NCBI GenBank assembly: GCA_043821365.1 | Contig: JBDRCX010000003.1 | Span: forward strand, 61,727-125,726 | Length of the DNA stretch: 64,000 nt | Direction: 5' to 3' | Source of the DNA: Candidatus Micrarchaeota archaeon | GTDB taxonomy: Archaea; Micrarchaeota; Micrarchaeia; Anstonellales; Bilamarchaeaceae | Part shown: one piece after another, positions 29,750-39,251 of the stretch | How positions within the stretch are numbered: the first letter of the stretch is position 1 | Layout of the letters: each line of letters starts with the position of its first letter | Notes under the pieces: generated by a model | Database searches by the model: none | What the model was told of the DNA's origin: nothing | What the model saw: the letters and a program-made list of their open reading frames with translations, nothing else | Program-made: the position numbers and the translations under genes

Positions 29750-30181
29750 TCACAAATTATTTACGATATTTCGTCTTCTTTTTTCAGGAATTTTATTTTT
29801 TATCTTTTTTTCTTTTGCATCATAATATCCTAATCCTAGAATGTAATCCGAATACTTCAGGATTATATGCATGTTTTTATTTCCAAGATCCATTTTCATA
29901 CCTTTGCCAAAAGCAAAACCCTTCGCTGTTCGTTCATCTTTTATTTCAATTACGTTTTTAGTTGCAAGTTGGCCGAAATTTTGAATTAATGCGTTGGTTG
30001 GATTAAATCCACTATCACATGCCGCATAACCTCGGTCTCCATATATGTGGCTTTTTTGTATCTCTTTATTTCCAATTCTGACTCCATCAGCATAGAATAT
30101 GTCTATTCCATTTGGAATAACAATGCCAAAGTGGTTTTCCAGGTATTTTTTGAAATTTTTCTCTTTATTTGCAATAAACAT
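29750..30181 (-). CDS. PUA-like/NIP7-like partner of RsmB/NOP2 methyltransferase
   Basis: NPTNALIQNFGQLATKNVIEI..A..F..G and ILKY..YILGLG...KNKIP pattern; coupled to the upstream methyltransferase. Confidence 0.65.
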   Translation of the reverse strand: MFIANKEKNFKKYLENHFGIVIPNGIDIFYADGVRIGNKEIQKSHIYGDRGYAACDSGFNPTNALIQNFGQLATKNVIEIKDERTAKGFAFGKGMKMDLGNKNMHIILKYSDYILGLGYYDAKEKKIKNKIPEKRRRNIVNNL

Positions 30182-31050
30182 TATTCTCCCTTTTTTATTT
30201 TTGCTATGAAAAATCCTTCACTTTCCAGATGTTGGGGATAAATTCTATAGCATTTTCTGAATTCCTTCCCATACTCGCTTAATCCGTGTTCGTGCGGGAT
30301 ATCAAGTTTGATATCAACTAGTTTTGCATTAAGATTATTAAGTAAATTAGCTACGACTTCTTCATTCTCTTCTTTTGCATAAGTGCAAGTAGAGTAAACC
30401 AGTTCTCCTCCTGGGCGCAATGCGTCATAAGCAGAGAATAACATTCTTTTTTGTAATGATGAGATTTTTTCTGAATTGCCTATCTCCCATCTTGAAAACG
30501 CTTTCATGCCACTGCCAAGTGCAGTACATGGAGCATCAACTAAAATTTTTGTGAATCTTGATTTCCAGTTTAGATTTGCACCATGGTGCATTGTTGTTAT
30601 TGAATTCAATATGTTCATTCTATTTATTGTAGAATAAAGCGTGGATATCTTTTCTGGTGTCAAATCATTGCCAACAAGAACACCATTATTTTCCATTAAC
30701 ATTGCCATATGTGAAAATTTTGAACCTGGTGCTGCTGCAACATCCAAAACAATATCATCATGTTCTGGTTCAAGTACTAATGAAACCAATATCGATGGTA
30801 GACTTTGAGGATAGATATAACCAAGGAAATACTCCCAAGTTTTTCCTATTTGGACTTTCTTATCAAATTCAAATGCAAATTCATAATATTTATTTTCAGT
30901 TATATCCAAAGTTGTTCTTTCCAATAATTTTTCTTTATCGATCTTTATTGTGTTAATACGAAAAAATTGTTTCTGATTACAAAACGCAAAATTACATTTG
31001 TCATAATCAGTGTAACTTGCCATCCAATCTCTATATTCTCTCTCTTCCAT
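30181..31050 (-). CDS. RsmB/NOP2 family RNA m5C methyltransferase (copy 1)
   Basis: VLDVAAAPGSK, ILVDAPC, VYSTCT, EENE, YPQH..SEGFF. Confidence 0.92.
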   Translation of the reverse strand: MEEREYRDWMASYTDYDKCNFAFCNQKQFFRINTIKIDKEKLLERTTLDITENKYYEFAFEFDKKVQIGKTWEYFLGYIYPQSLPSILVSLVLEPEHDDIVLDVAAAPGSKFSHMAMLMENNGVLVGNDLTPEKISTLYSTINRMNILNSITTMHHGANLNWKSRFTKILVDAPCTALGSGMKAFSRWEIGNSEKISSLQKRMLFSAYDALRPGGELVYSTCTYAKEENEEVVANLLNNLNAKLVDIKLDIPHEHGLSEYGKEFRKCYRIYPQHLESEGFFIAKIKKGE

Positions 31051-31103
31051 CTAGATCAAGGTTGTTCAATACACATTTAATTAGTATTTATTGTTATTTT
31101 TTT

Positions 31104-31607
31104 GTGGGATCTTGCTTAAGAAGTGGAAATTGTTGTACAAGCTTTGCTGTTTGTATTACTTCTTTTGATGTTTCACGAATATCAAAACATCTCAATCTTA
31201 AGCCCATTGAGTTTGTTCAAATTGTTTCTGCACCAACTGAAAGAGAGAGAAAGGAACCTACAGTACTTATAGAAGGTGAATATGCCTTACTTGTTTTAAG
31301 ATGGAAAAAGAAATTTGATTGCTTATTTTATGGAAATGGTTGTGATATCTATCAATATAGGCCATTCCTTTGCCGTACTTACCCATTTTGTTTTAAAAAT
31401 AATAAATTCATCGAAGTAAAATTACGTGCATGCCCATCGTGCTGGATGCCAGATGGCAAAGAAAAAGAACAGTATCTATCTGATTTAAAGAGATATGAAA
31501 AAGAAGTCAAAAAATATAAAAAAATAGTTAAAAAATGGAACAAACAAGGTGGAGGAAATCTAAAAGAATTTCTGGAATTTTCGTTTAAACTATCTTACCA
31601 CTCTTGA
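31104..31607 (+). CDS. YkgJ family Fe-S/zinc cluster protein
   Basis: CLRSGNCC, CLFY..GCDIYQYRPFLCRTYPF; start uncertain (GTG 31104 assumed). Confidence 0.7.
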   Translation: MGSCLRSGNCCTSFAVCITSFDVSRISKHLNLKPIEFVQIVSAPTERERKEPTVLIEGEYALLVLRWKKKFDCLFYGNGCDIYQYRPFLCRTYPFCFKNNKFIEVKLRACPSCWMPDGKEKEQYLSDLKRYEKEVKKYKKIVKKWNKQGGGNLKEFLEFSFKLSYHS

Positions 31608-31836
31608 GTTTTGCACTTATTTGGAAACTATATCCATACTCTTCATAACCTTCCATTACGCTTGAAGTACACCTTATGGGATCTAAAACTATTTTTTTCT
31701 TTTCTGCAGTCTCTATGGTTATTTTTGTTGCGTTGATGTTGAACATTTTGACTCCCATTTCTTTTGCGAATTTATCTGCTTCTTTTGCAACTGTTATAAT
31801 CTTCTTATTAGAAGCTTTACCTTTCTTTTTTGCCAT
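31585..31836 (-). CDS. Small hypothetical protein
   Basis: GGTGA ribosome-binding site before ATG 31836 (MAKKKGKASNKK...). Confidence 0.6.
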   Translation of the reverse strand: MAKKKGKASNKKIITVAKEADKFAKEMGVKMFNINATKITIETAEKKKIVLDPIRCTSSVMEGYEEYGYSFQISAKLKSGKIV

Positions 31837-31903
31837 GGATTCACCGACATTTATTCTCCTCAACGGTTTTAAATTTTATCTAAGTAATCGATTTGGTGTT
31901 TTT

Positions 31904-32296
31904 ATGGGTATATTAGATAGTATAGCTGGAAGCGCTAAGAGCGCAGTTGGAAGTACAGTTAGTGGTGCAGTGAGAAGGGCAGGTTCAGAAGCAACTAATG
32001 TGGCATCAAAAACAATTAGTCAAAAAGTGAAGGAAGCTGCAGTAAATGTTGATGCTGAATTAAAAAAACTAGGTTTTGATCGTCAAGATGATGGCAGTTA
32101 TGTCATAAATTACGAAGGTAGAAAGGTTGGAGTCTTGAATCTCAGAGAAGTTACTAATTTCAAATCAAAAAAACGAACCGAAGCAATTAGTTCTCTTTAT
32201 TATAATCTGAGTCCTATGCACCAATCCTTAAAAAACAAGGAAGTGTCTAGAAAATTTAGTGAAAAATTAGTCGATGACATGGGTTTAAAGGATTGA
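31904..32296 (+). CDS. Hypothetical protein, paralog A of a tandem pair
   Basis: Start at MGILDSIAG; shares motifs with the next gene. Confidence 0.65.
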   Translation: MGILDSIAGSAKSAVGSTVSGAVRRAGSEATNVASKTISQKVKEAAVNVDAELKKLGFDRQDDGSYVINYEGRKVGVLNLREVTNFKSKKRTEAISSLYYNLSPMHQSLKNKEVSRKFSEKLVDDMGLKD

Positions 32297-32300
32297 TTAA

Positions 32301-32729
32301 ATGGGGATTACAGATGCGTTTGGAAATTTTATTGGCAGTCTTTTGAGCGGAGCAATTAGAAAAGCAGGAGACTTGGCAGGTTCATTTGTAGCTAAAAAAA
32401 TTCGTGCACCTGAAAAATGGGAATTGATTAAAGTCGATGACGAAGAAAAGAAGGTTAGTTTTAGCAGAATAGGTGACGGTGGCTATAACCTTCTGTATGA
32501 TTCCAAGGATATAGGACAGATAAGCAGGCATGAAACTAAAGTGTATAAAGGTAAAAGTGAAAATTCAACTAAATATGCGATAATCTATAAATTAGAAGTA
32601 ATGCACCAAAATTTCAAAAACCGTGAACTTGCAACTCGAATTGCAATGAAGATCTACAAAGATTATCTTGAATATGCAATTTTGCTTGATAAACAGTATG
32701 ATGAAGCTGTTGGTAAAAAGTCTAAATAA
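32301..32729 (+). CDS. Hypothetical protein, paralog B of a tandem pair
   Basis: MGITDAFG N-terminus and MHQNFKNRE motif resemble the upstream gene. Confidence 0.65.
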   Translation: MGITDAFGNFIGSLLSGAIRKAGDLAGSFVAKKIRAPEKWELIKVDDEEKKVSFSRIGDGGYNLLYDSKDIGQISRHETKVYKGKSENSTKYAIIYKLEVMHQNFKNRELATRIAMKIYKDYLEYAILLDKQYDEAVGKKSK

Positions 32730-32780
32730 TAGTTTTATATTCTATTTTGTTTATTTTTTATCTTATTATATGGTGGATTT

Positions 32781-33941
32781 ATGTCTTCAAAAAATTATTT
32801 ATTTAGTTCTGAATCAGTAACAGAGGGTCATCCTGATAAAATTTGCGATCAAATATCTGATGCTATTTTGGATGAATTGCTTAAACAAGATCCAAATTCA
32901 CGTGTTGCAGTTGAGACTGCAGTTACTACTGGTCTGGTTGTTGTTATGGGCGAAGTAACCACAAAAGCATATGCTGAAATTCAGCAAATAGTAAGGGACG
33001 TAGTAAAAGATATTGGTTATACTAATCCCGAATATCAATTTGATAATCAGTCTTGTGGCGTTCTTGTATCTATTCATTCACAATCACCTGATATTGCTCA
33101 AGGAGTTAATGTGGCTAAAGAACATGAACAAGGTGCTGGAGATCAAGGCATTATGTTTGGTTATGCAAGCAATGAAACACCTGAACTTATGCCACTACCC
33201 ATTGTTCTTGCTCATAAATTAGCAGAACGTTTGGCTGTTGTTAGAAAGAAAAAAATCATCCCATATTTACGTCCTGATGGTAAAACACAAGTAACTATAG
33301 AATATGTTGATCATAAAGTAGTTAGAGCACACACTATAGTTATTGCAGCTCAGCATGATGAAGGGATTGAACAACATCAAATCAAAAAAGACATTATTGA
33401 AAATGTCATAAAACCAATTTGTGGAAATTTAATAGATGATAACACAATCATCCATATCAACGGCACTGGTAAATTTGTTATTGGTGGACCTGCAAGTGAT
33501 ACTGGAGTTACTGGCCGTAAAATTATTGTGGATACCTATGGTGGCCGTGGTCATCATGGTGGTGGATGTTTCTCTGGCAAAGACCCATCAAAAGTTGATC
33601 GATCTGGTGCATATATGGCTAGGTATGTTGCAAAAAACGTTGTTGCAGCTGGTTTAGCTGACCAATGTGAAGTTCAAATCTCCTATGTTATTGGGGTTGC
33701 AAAACCTCTTTCAGTATTTGTTGATACAAAAGGAACAAACAAAATTCCTGTAGAAAAAATACAAGAATTAATCTTAAAACATTTCTCATTCAAGCCTGCA
33801 GACATGATCAAAAACCTGAATCTTCTAAGACCAATTTATAGAAAAACAGCAGTTTATGGTCATTTTGGAAGAACTGATCCTGATTTTACTTGGGAAAAAA
33901 CTGATGTTGCAGATAAATTGAAGAAGGATGCAGGACTTTAA
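32781..33941 (+). CDS. metK: S-adenosylmethionine synthetase, bacterial/eukaryotic type
   Basis: [31 protein letters not shown]-like [36 protein letters not shown]. Confidence 0.95.
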   Translation: MSSKNYLFSSESVTEGHPDKICDQISDAILDELLKQDPNSRVAVETAVTTGLVVVMGEVTTKAYAEIQQIVRDVVKDIGYTNPEYQFDNQSCGVLVSIHSQSPDIAQGVNVAKEHEQGAGDQGIMFGYASNETPELMPLPIVLAHKLAERLAVVRKKKIIPYLRPDGKTQVTIEYVDHKVVRAHTIVIAAQHDEGIEQHQIKKDIIENVIKPICGNLIDDNTIIHINGTGKFVIGGPASDTGVTGRKIIVDTYGGRGHHGGGCFSGKDPSKVDRSGAYMARYVAKNVVAAGLADQCEVQISYVIGVAKPLSVFVDTKGTNKIPVEKIQELILKHFSFKPADMIKNLNLLRPIYRKTAVYGHFGRTDPDFTWEKTDVADKLKKDAGL

Positions 33942-33998
33942 ACTCGTTATTACCCATCTTTAATAACATTTATTAATCATTTCTATGCATAATAAATC

Positions 33999-34724
33999 AT
34001 GGCAATTCACTTAGACCCACGCAAAGTGCCAGCAGATCATGCTATACGTCTTAATGCACGTGGTGTCAGAGATCGACTACAGTACTTCCAAAGGATGTTT
34101 CTTACTGCTCCAGATGATTTTAATCGAGCTCTTGTTTGTTGTGCAGCATTTGATATGGGATTTAAGGATTTTGCAAGAGCTAATAATCCTGTTTTGGTAC
34201 ATCCAAATCAAGAAATATTTGAAAAATTAGTTCAGATTGCAAAATCAGTTGTTGGAACATCTGCTTCTGTTGATTTTCAAGTTGCATTACATACAATGCC
34301 ATTGCGTAATGATGGTATTCTATATCCAAGAGATGGTATTGTGGTTAGAATTGAATTTAGCGATGGTAAAAGTGCATACTGTAAGTCCAGGAATGCAGGT
34401 CAGGAAGCAATTGGTATTGATCTTGAAGGATTAACTGGACTTCCAAATTATCGCTATAAACGTTATCAAGATTGGATAATTACTGAAGGTGTGGAAGGCT
34501 ATTCATTGTTTGATTATACTTTTTTCCAATCGCATGGTTTTAATTCAACTAGAAATGGACGTGAATTATTTGCCAGAATAATAGCCATAACTGCATTTGA
34601 TTATGTTTTTGGTCTTCTTGATCGTAATGAAGGTGGGATAATATTCAAACCTGAGGCTAAGCCAACTGCAATTGATCATGAATATTTATTGAATAACCCG
34701 CCGAGAATACTGCCGACCAATTGA
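33999..34724 (+). CDS. Orphan protein with PI3/4-kinase- or HipA-like kinase fold
   Basis: AYCKS...QEA (Lys/Glu pair), FDYVFGLLDRNEGG catalytic-loop-like, AIDHE (DFG-equivalent). Confidence 0.5.
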   Translation: MAIHLDPRKVPADHAIRLNARGVRDRLQYFQRMFLTAPDDFNRALVCCAAFDMGFKDFARANNPVLVHPNQEIFEKLVQIAKSVVGTSASVDFQVALHTMPLRNDGILYPRDGIVVRIEFSDGKSAYCKSRNAGQEAIGIDLEGLTGLPNYRYKRYQDWIITEGVEGYSLFDYTFFQSHGFNSTRNGRELFARIIAITAFDYVFGLLDRNEGGIIFKPEAKPTAIDHEYLLNNPPRILPTN

Positions 34725-35446
34725 ACGACGTATCGTTCAATGGTCCATAGAACGGATGGCCGTTCTATTGGACTTAAGTCGAGCAGTTGAATCGGCTCAT
34801 TTTTCTATTTGTAACTTCAAAAATATTACCAGTAGCGGCAGCGCCGCAAAGCGGCGTTACATTCTTCCATGAGAAGACGCTACTGGACGTGTCCAAATGT
34901 TTAGTGGAACTCAGGATTTAAGAAGGAATTTGTATCACCTTGTCTTTGTCTCGAAGTACAGGTATAACGTTTTCAAGAATGAATTCACTAAGAAAAGCTG
35001 CGAAGCAGCTTTTCACGAGGTTGAGAAAAACTATGGAGTACGAGTGGACGAACTTGAATTTCAGAATGATCATGTGCACTTAATGGTTCACATCCCTGCA
35101 AAACTTTCGGTTTCTTTTGCAGTTCAACTCCTCAAAGGCATCTCTGCAAAAAGAATATTCGAAAATTCTGCTGGGCTTCAGAAAAGGTATCCTCGTGGAA
35201 GTTTTTGGAGCAGATTCAAATATTATGGAACTGTCGGACCAATGACGGCCGATGCAGTGAAAAAATATATTGGTGCACAAGATATTCATCACGAACAACT
35301 TGTAAATCCAGAAGCAGGTCAAATGCAATTAATCTCGTTTTCCTAAGGCGCGAGCGGAGAATACTGCGGGCTTTAGCCCGCAGATAGCGAGCGCAATATG
35401 TTACCCGTTTTCCGTACGAGCCGCGAAGCGGCGAGTCAACGGAAAA
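34721..35446 (+). mobile_element. IS200/IS605-family element (tnpA only, no tnpB); boundaries approximate
   Basis: Y1 transposase flanked by hairpins, including CTGCGGGC-TTTA-GCCCGCAG (35364-35383) typical of IS200/IS605 ends and a CCAGTAGCG/CGCTACTGG closing stem (34829-34886). Confidence 0.75.
34897..35346 (+). CDS. tnpA: IS200/IS605 Y1 (HUH) transposase TnpA
   Basis: YHLVFVSKYR, DHVH (HUH), LKGISAK, FWS, catalytic Tyr in KKYIGAQ. Confidence 0.93.
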   Translation: MFSGTQDLRRNLYHLVFVSKYRYNVFKNEFTKKSCEAAFHEVEKNYGVRVDELEFQNDHVHLMVHIPAKLSVSFAVQLLKGISAKRIFENSAGLQKRYPRGSFWSRFKYYGTVGPMTADAVKKYIGAQDIHHEQLVNPEAGQMQLISFS

Positions 35447-35464
35447 TTATTATTATTCTTAGAT

Positions 35465-35809
35465 TTGCCTTTACGTGGTGTAAGTCTGATGAATCAATGT
35501 CTTTATCTTCGAGAGATGAGACTTGGTAATAGACTATTTTCACCAGAACTTGCTATAGAAGAGAATCTAGGATATGCTTCTGAATTTTTTGAAACTGCAA
35601 AAGGAAATCGTAAGCGTATTGGTGCTGCTCTTGAACTATACGCATTACAGAATCCTTTAGTTGATATGACAATGCAAATAGTCAGATTGTATCCTGATAT
35701 TGTTGAACGTGCAATAGCTAGAATTGATGATGGGATTGATGGTTTTCGTACTGCAATTATCGAGGAAGTAAGAAAAGTGAAAGAACTAGGAATGTTTCCG
35801 GAATTCTAA
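35465..35809 (+). CDS. Hypothetical protein
   Basis: 114-aa ORF directly after the IS right end; start TTG 35465 or ATG 35489. Confidence 0.5.
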   Translation: MPLRGVSLMNQCLYLREMRLGNRLFSPELAIEENLGYASEFFETAKGNRKRIGAALELYALQNPLVDMTMQIVRLYPDIVERAIARIDDGIDGFRTAIIEEVRKVKELGMFPEF

Positions 35810-35892
35810 TTTTTTAACTTATTGAATTTCTGTTTAACAAGTTTAACAAACTTTATAAACATTTTGTTTTACATGTTATACAAGGTGGCTTG

Positions 35893-36120
35893 ATGAAAGA
35901 AATCTTCGCCGTAAGAAATGTTGATGAGAAAACAATATTATTTATAAATGCATATGCAAGGGAACATAAAATGAAGACTGGAGATGCACTTAGAGAGATT
36001 GTTTCCCTTGCACAAGAGTATGTTAAAGAACAAAGTAGGATGAAAAAATATCGAAGTATTTTTGCTATACACGACAAACTTAAATTTTCTAGTGAAAATA
36101 CGGAGTTAAGGGTGAACTGA
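35893..36120 (+). CDS. Putative antitoxin (ribbon-helix-helix-like)
   Basis: FAVRNVDEKT...AYARE...GDALREIV strand-helix-helix pattern; stop overlaps the PIN gene start (TGATG). Confidence 0.6.
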   Translation: MKEIFAVRNVDEKTILFINAYAREHKMKTGDALREIVSLAQEYVKEQSRMKKYRSIFAIHDKLKFSSENTELRVN

Positions 36121-36515
36121 TGATAATACTTGATAGTACTTTTCTGATTGCACTTCTGAATACTTCAGATCCATCTCATAATAAAGCAGTTGGTGAAATG
36201 AGAAAATACGAAGCGCAGGAAAAAACATTCGTCGTTAATGAGCCAGTCTTGGGAAAAGTTGCCAGTGTTATAAATTCTGAAGTAGGACCTGAAAAAGCAG
36301 CAATTTTTGTTGATTATGCTTTAGAAAATTATAAAATCCATGAGAATGAAGAAGACGATATAGCTGCAATATCAAACATTATGAAAAACCAAAAAAATAA
36401 AATTAGCTATTCAGATGCTTCGCTTATTTATTTGTCAAAATTCTTGAATTGTCCTATAGCAACATTTAATGGGAATCTTCAAGCAGAATTAAAAAATTAT
36501 AAGAATCTCAAATAG
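36120..36515 (+). CDS. vapC: PIN-domain toxin (VapC-like)
   Basis: IILDSTFLIAL, later E, SYSDASLI, IATFN; the last acidic position appears as N. Confidence 0.8.
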   Translation: MIILDSTFLIALLNTSDPSHNKAVGEMRKYEAQEKTFVVNEPVLGKVASVINSEVGPEKAAIFVDYALENYKIHENEEDDIAAISNIMKNQKNKISYSDASLIYLSKFLNCPIATFNGNLQAELKNYKNLK

Positions 36516-36554
36516 TGTTAGAATTTCTAAAAGAATATTAGATAATGTGATTTT

Positions 36555-36782
36555 ATGGAAAGGATAAATGACCTTGAATTTGTTCTTGAATGTTCCAAAT
36601 GCCATAGGAAAATTCGCGCTATCTATGGTGAATACCCACCTGTGGGCCATCCAATTGAGAAAGGAATGAAAGATGGCTCTATTATTCTTATGGGTTGTGT
36701 TATGCCTGCAGATAAAGAAGAGCATAATGATGAAGTTTCGAATTTTGAAAAAACATTTGTTTGTAAATTATGCAGAAAGTAG
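36555..36782 (+). CDS. Small zinc-finger protein
   Basis: CSKC...CKLC. Confidence 0.6.
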   Translation: MERINDLEFVLECSKCHRKIRAIYGEYPPVGHPIEKGMKDGSIILMGCVMPADKEEHNDEVSNFEKTFVCKLCRK

Positions 36783-36840
36783 AACTCCGAAAGCACTATA
36801 AATATAGCTGCATTAATCAGATTTATAATGAGGTGAATGA

Positions 36841-37524
36841 ATGAATATTCTCAAACTATTTTTAGTATTTATAAGTTTAAGCATCTTGGTATCTGCCTCG
36901 TCTACGATACTTGTTCTTGATGCTTCTGGATCTATGGATGAGTACAGTGGGAACAGTACTAAAATGACTATTGCAAAACAGGCTGCTTATGAATTTTTAG
37001 ATAATGTAAAATATGGGGATGAAGTTGCTCTTATAGTCTATTATGACTGTGATGACATAGTGACTGAAGTTCCGTTTACAACAAATATGCAATCAATAAA
37101 AACAAAAATTGCAAGTGTTGAAGCAGAATCATATACGCCTATAGCTGCTTCAATTACCTATGCTGCAAGTTATGCACAAAGCTCAGGAAGAAGTGGTGCA
37201 GGGATTATTATCCTAACTGATGGGGAGGAGACATGTGATTCTCAATCTGATGCTGTAACTGCAGCTCAAACTGCGGTTACTGGCGGACCTATAAAAATAA
37301 TTAACGTTGTTGGATTTGATATAAGCAGTTCTTCAACTGGATATACAAATTTACAACAAATAGCCCAGGCAGGTGGCGGTAAATATTATCCTGCAAATGA
37401 TGCTGATGAATTATCATCATCATTAACTCAAGCATATGATGACAGTAGCGGAGTATCATGCTGTGGTCCAATGTTTATGCTATTGGGTTTAGTTGGTGCA
37501 TCAGTTTTCTTTGGTAGAAATTAA
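36841..37524 (+). CDS. Secreted vWA-domain protein with CGP-CTERM-like tail
   Basis: Signal peptide, MIDAS LVLDASGSM, TPIA, LTDGEETC; C-terminus SCCGPMFMLLGLVGASVFFGRN. Confidence 0.85.
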   Translation: MNILKLFLVFISLSILVSASSTILVLDASGSMDEYSGNSTKMTIAKQAAYEFLDNVKYGDEVALIVYYDCDDIVTEVPFTTNMQSIKTKIASVEAESYTPIAASITYAASYAQSSGRSGAGIIILTDGEETCDSQSDAVTAAQTAVTGGPIKIINVVGFDISSSSTGYTNLQQIAQAGGGKYYPANDADELSSSLTQAYDDSSGVSCCGPMFMLLGLVGASVFFGRN

Positions 37525-37588
37525 TTTTTTTTATTTTTAATTTTTTTATGAAGAAGGTTTTTAATTTTTCTTTGTTAGATAAGGTACA

Positions 37589-38245
37589 ATGGCCTTGAAA
37601 CAGGAACCAACTACTCTTGATCAGATAAGTGCTTTAGCTAGAACACCACCACAAGGTGCCAAACAATTTGAAGCTATGATTGGTCCAAATCAAACTTTTC
37701 TCTCTTCAAGAACATTTATTCCTCGGGCAAAAGAAGCAATTGCTGCATATCGGGAGCATATTAACAGGCCATCTCAACTTGATTGGGCTTATAGAACGAA
37801 ATTATTAGGAACATTGGATGAATTAGAGAGCAGATTAGAAAGACTCCAAAATGCAAGGCCAAATGATCCTGCGTTTACTAATTTCATAGATAATTATCGC
37901 GGTTTTCAAAGACAAATTGGTGAATCTGTTGGTTCTGCTATAAAAGACGAAAAAACTATTACAACAGCTCAAAGAATTCTTAACAAAATTCCTGATTCTG
38001 TATTCATAGGAGCTGCGTTAGTTCTGTTCCCAGTTGCAGGTCCAATTGCTTCTGGTGCAATTGCATTAGGGCTGATCTCAAAAAAAGCTCTTGAAACCAT
38101 CTGGGAAACAAGAAGAGCACAATCTGAAAGGATATATGCTTCAAGTGGCAATATAACATTTGTTGGTGCGTATGGAGAACAACTTATTCGAGGTTTGGGT
38201 GCATCAGTAACTGGTTATGATTTAAGAAGAAAGAGGGGAAGTTAA
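37589..38245 (+). CDS. Hypothetical helical protein with a hydrophobic hairpin
   Basis: 218-aa ORF; IGAALVLFPVAGPIASGAIALGLI segment. Confidence 0.6.
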   Translation: MALKQEPTTLDQISALARTPPQGAKQFEAMIGPNQTFLSSRTFIPRAKEAIAAYREHINRPSQLDWAYRTKLLGTLDELESRLERLQNARPNDPAFTNFIDNYRGFQRQIGESVGSAIKDEKTITTAQRILNKIPDSVFIGAALVLFPVAGPIASGAIALGLISKKALETIWETRRAQSERIYASSGNITFVGAYGEQLIRGLGASVTGYDLRRKRGS

Positions 38246-39156
38246 TGGGGGAATTAAATCAATATACACAACTTTGTAAAGAAATGGGAAAGAATTCCAT
38301 TTCATTATGTGGTTTCATCAGTTCAAGAGCAATAGATAGTTCTACTTTCATATATGGTGATATCAATGCTAATTTTATTCCAAAAATAACAAATAACCAA
38401 ATTATTTTTTATCGATATGACGAGTCTTCTAATGCATATGAAATAGAAGAAAATGAAACTATTGATCTCCCAAATTCAATTAAAAATCCATTAAAAATAA
38501 TCCATCTTGAAAATAAGATCGAGGAAAAAAATGTATTCTCTCTTTCATTCGCAATAATTAGTGAAGATAATGGCAATCTGCGAATTGATATTATAAGGAA
38601 AGAAAAATCCTTCAATCTCTTGGCAGACATTATGACCTCTCTAAGAAAAATTCAATCGGATGATTTAGCAAGTGCTAAGAAATTTAAAGACGATATCCAA
38701 AATATTACTTTTGATTGTCATATTGGCCAATGTTCATATAGATTTGGAATTCCGTATACTGAAAACTTCTTAATTTATGGCGGTAACGGTACCATAATCC
38801 TCTACGATAAAGTAAAGAAAAACATCTACCGACTCATTCATAGTGATGGTGTTTTCAAAATTAAAAATTTCAAACTAAATCTGAAAAGTAAGACGCCAGT
38901 ATTTGAAATAGTTGCAAAAGGACTTTTTACTATTATAGATGGTAATGTGGTTATATTAGTTGATGAAAAACAAACAAGATTTGATCTCACGTCATATGGT
39001 ATTGAGACTTCTCAAATTTTCTATCAATTAATGAAACTTAAAGAAGGGGAAAATGCGAATCTATTATTATACTCGAATAAAACAGATGATGCACTTCTCT
39101 TCATAACAGATCCAACTGAAGATGATTTTGGAAAGGTTGGCCAATTTATATTCTAA
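38245..39156 (+). CDS. Hypothetical protein, translationally coupled to the upstream gene
   Basis: 303-aa ORF; TAATG stop/start overlap. Confidence 0.6.
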   Translation: MGELNQYTQLCKEMGKNSISLCGFISSRAIDSSTFIYGDINANFIPKITNNQIIFYRYDESSNAYEIEENETIDLPNSIKNPLKIIHLENKIEEKNVFSLSFAIISEDNGNLRIDIIRKEKSFNLLADIMTSLRKIQSDDLASAKKFKDDIQNITFDCHIGQCSYRFGIPYTENFLIYGGNGTIILYDKVKKNIYRLIHSDGVFKIKNFKLNLKSKTPVFEIVAKGLFTIIDGNVVILVDEKQTRFDLTSYGIETSQIFYQLMKLKEGENANLLLYSNKTDDALLFITDPTEDDFGKVGQFIF

Positions 39157-39251
39157 TCCTTCCAAAAGACTTTAAGAAAATACAAAATACTTTTAGAATA
39201 TATAAAAATAATTGTTACTTTAGAATTTAAATTCTTCATAGCATAATTAAA

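Noticed and set aside
31676-31903. N-terminal extension of the 31676-32296 ORF
   Set aside because: Antisense to the 31585-31836 gene; paralogy with the next gene supports the start at 31904
35346-35809. tnpB or omega-RNA after tnpA
   Set aside because: The downstream ORF has no RuvC or Zn-finger motifs and is far too short
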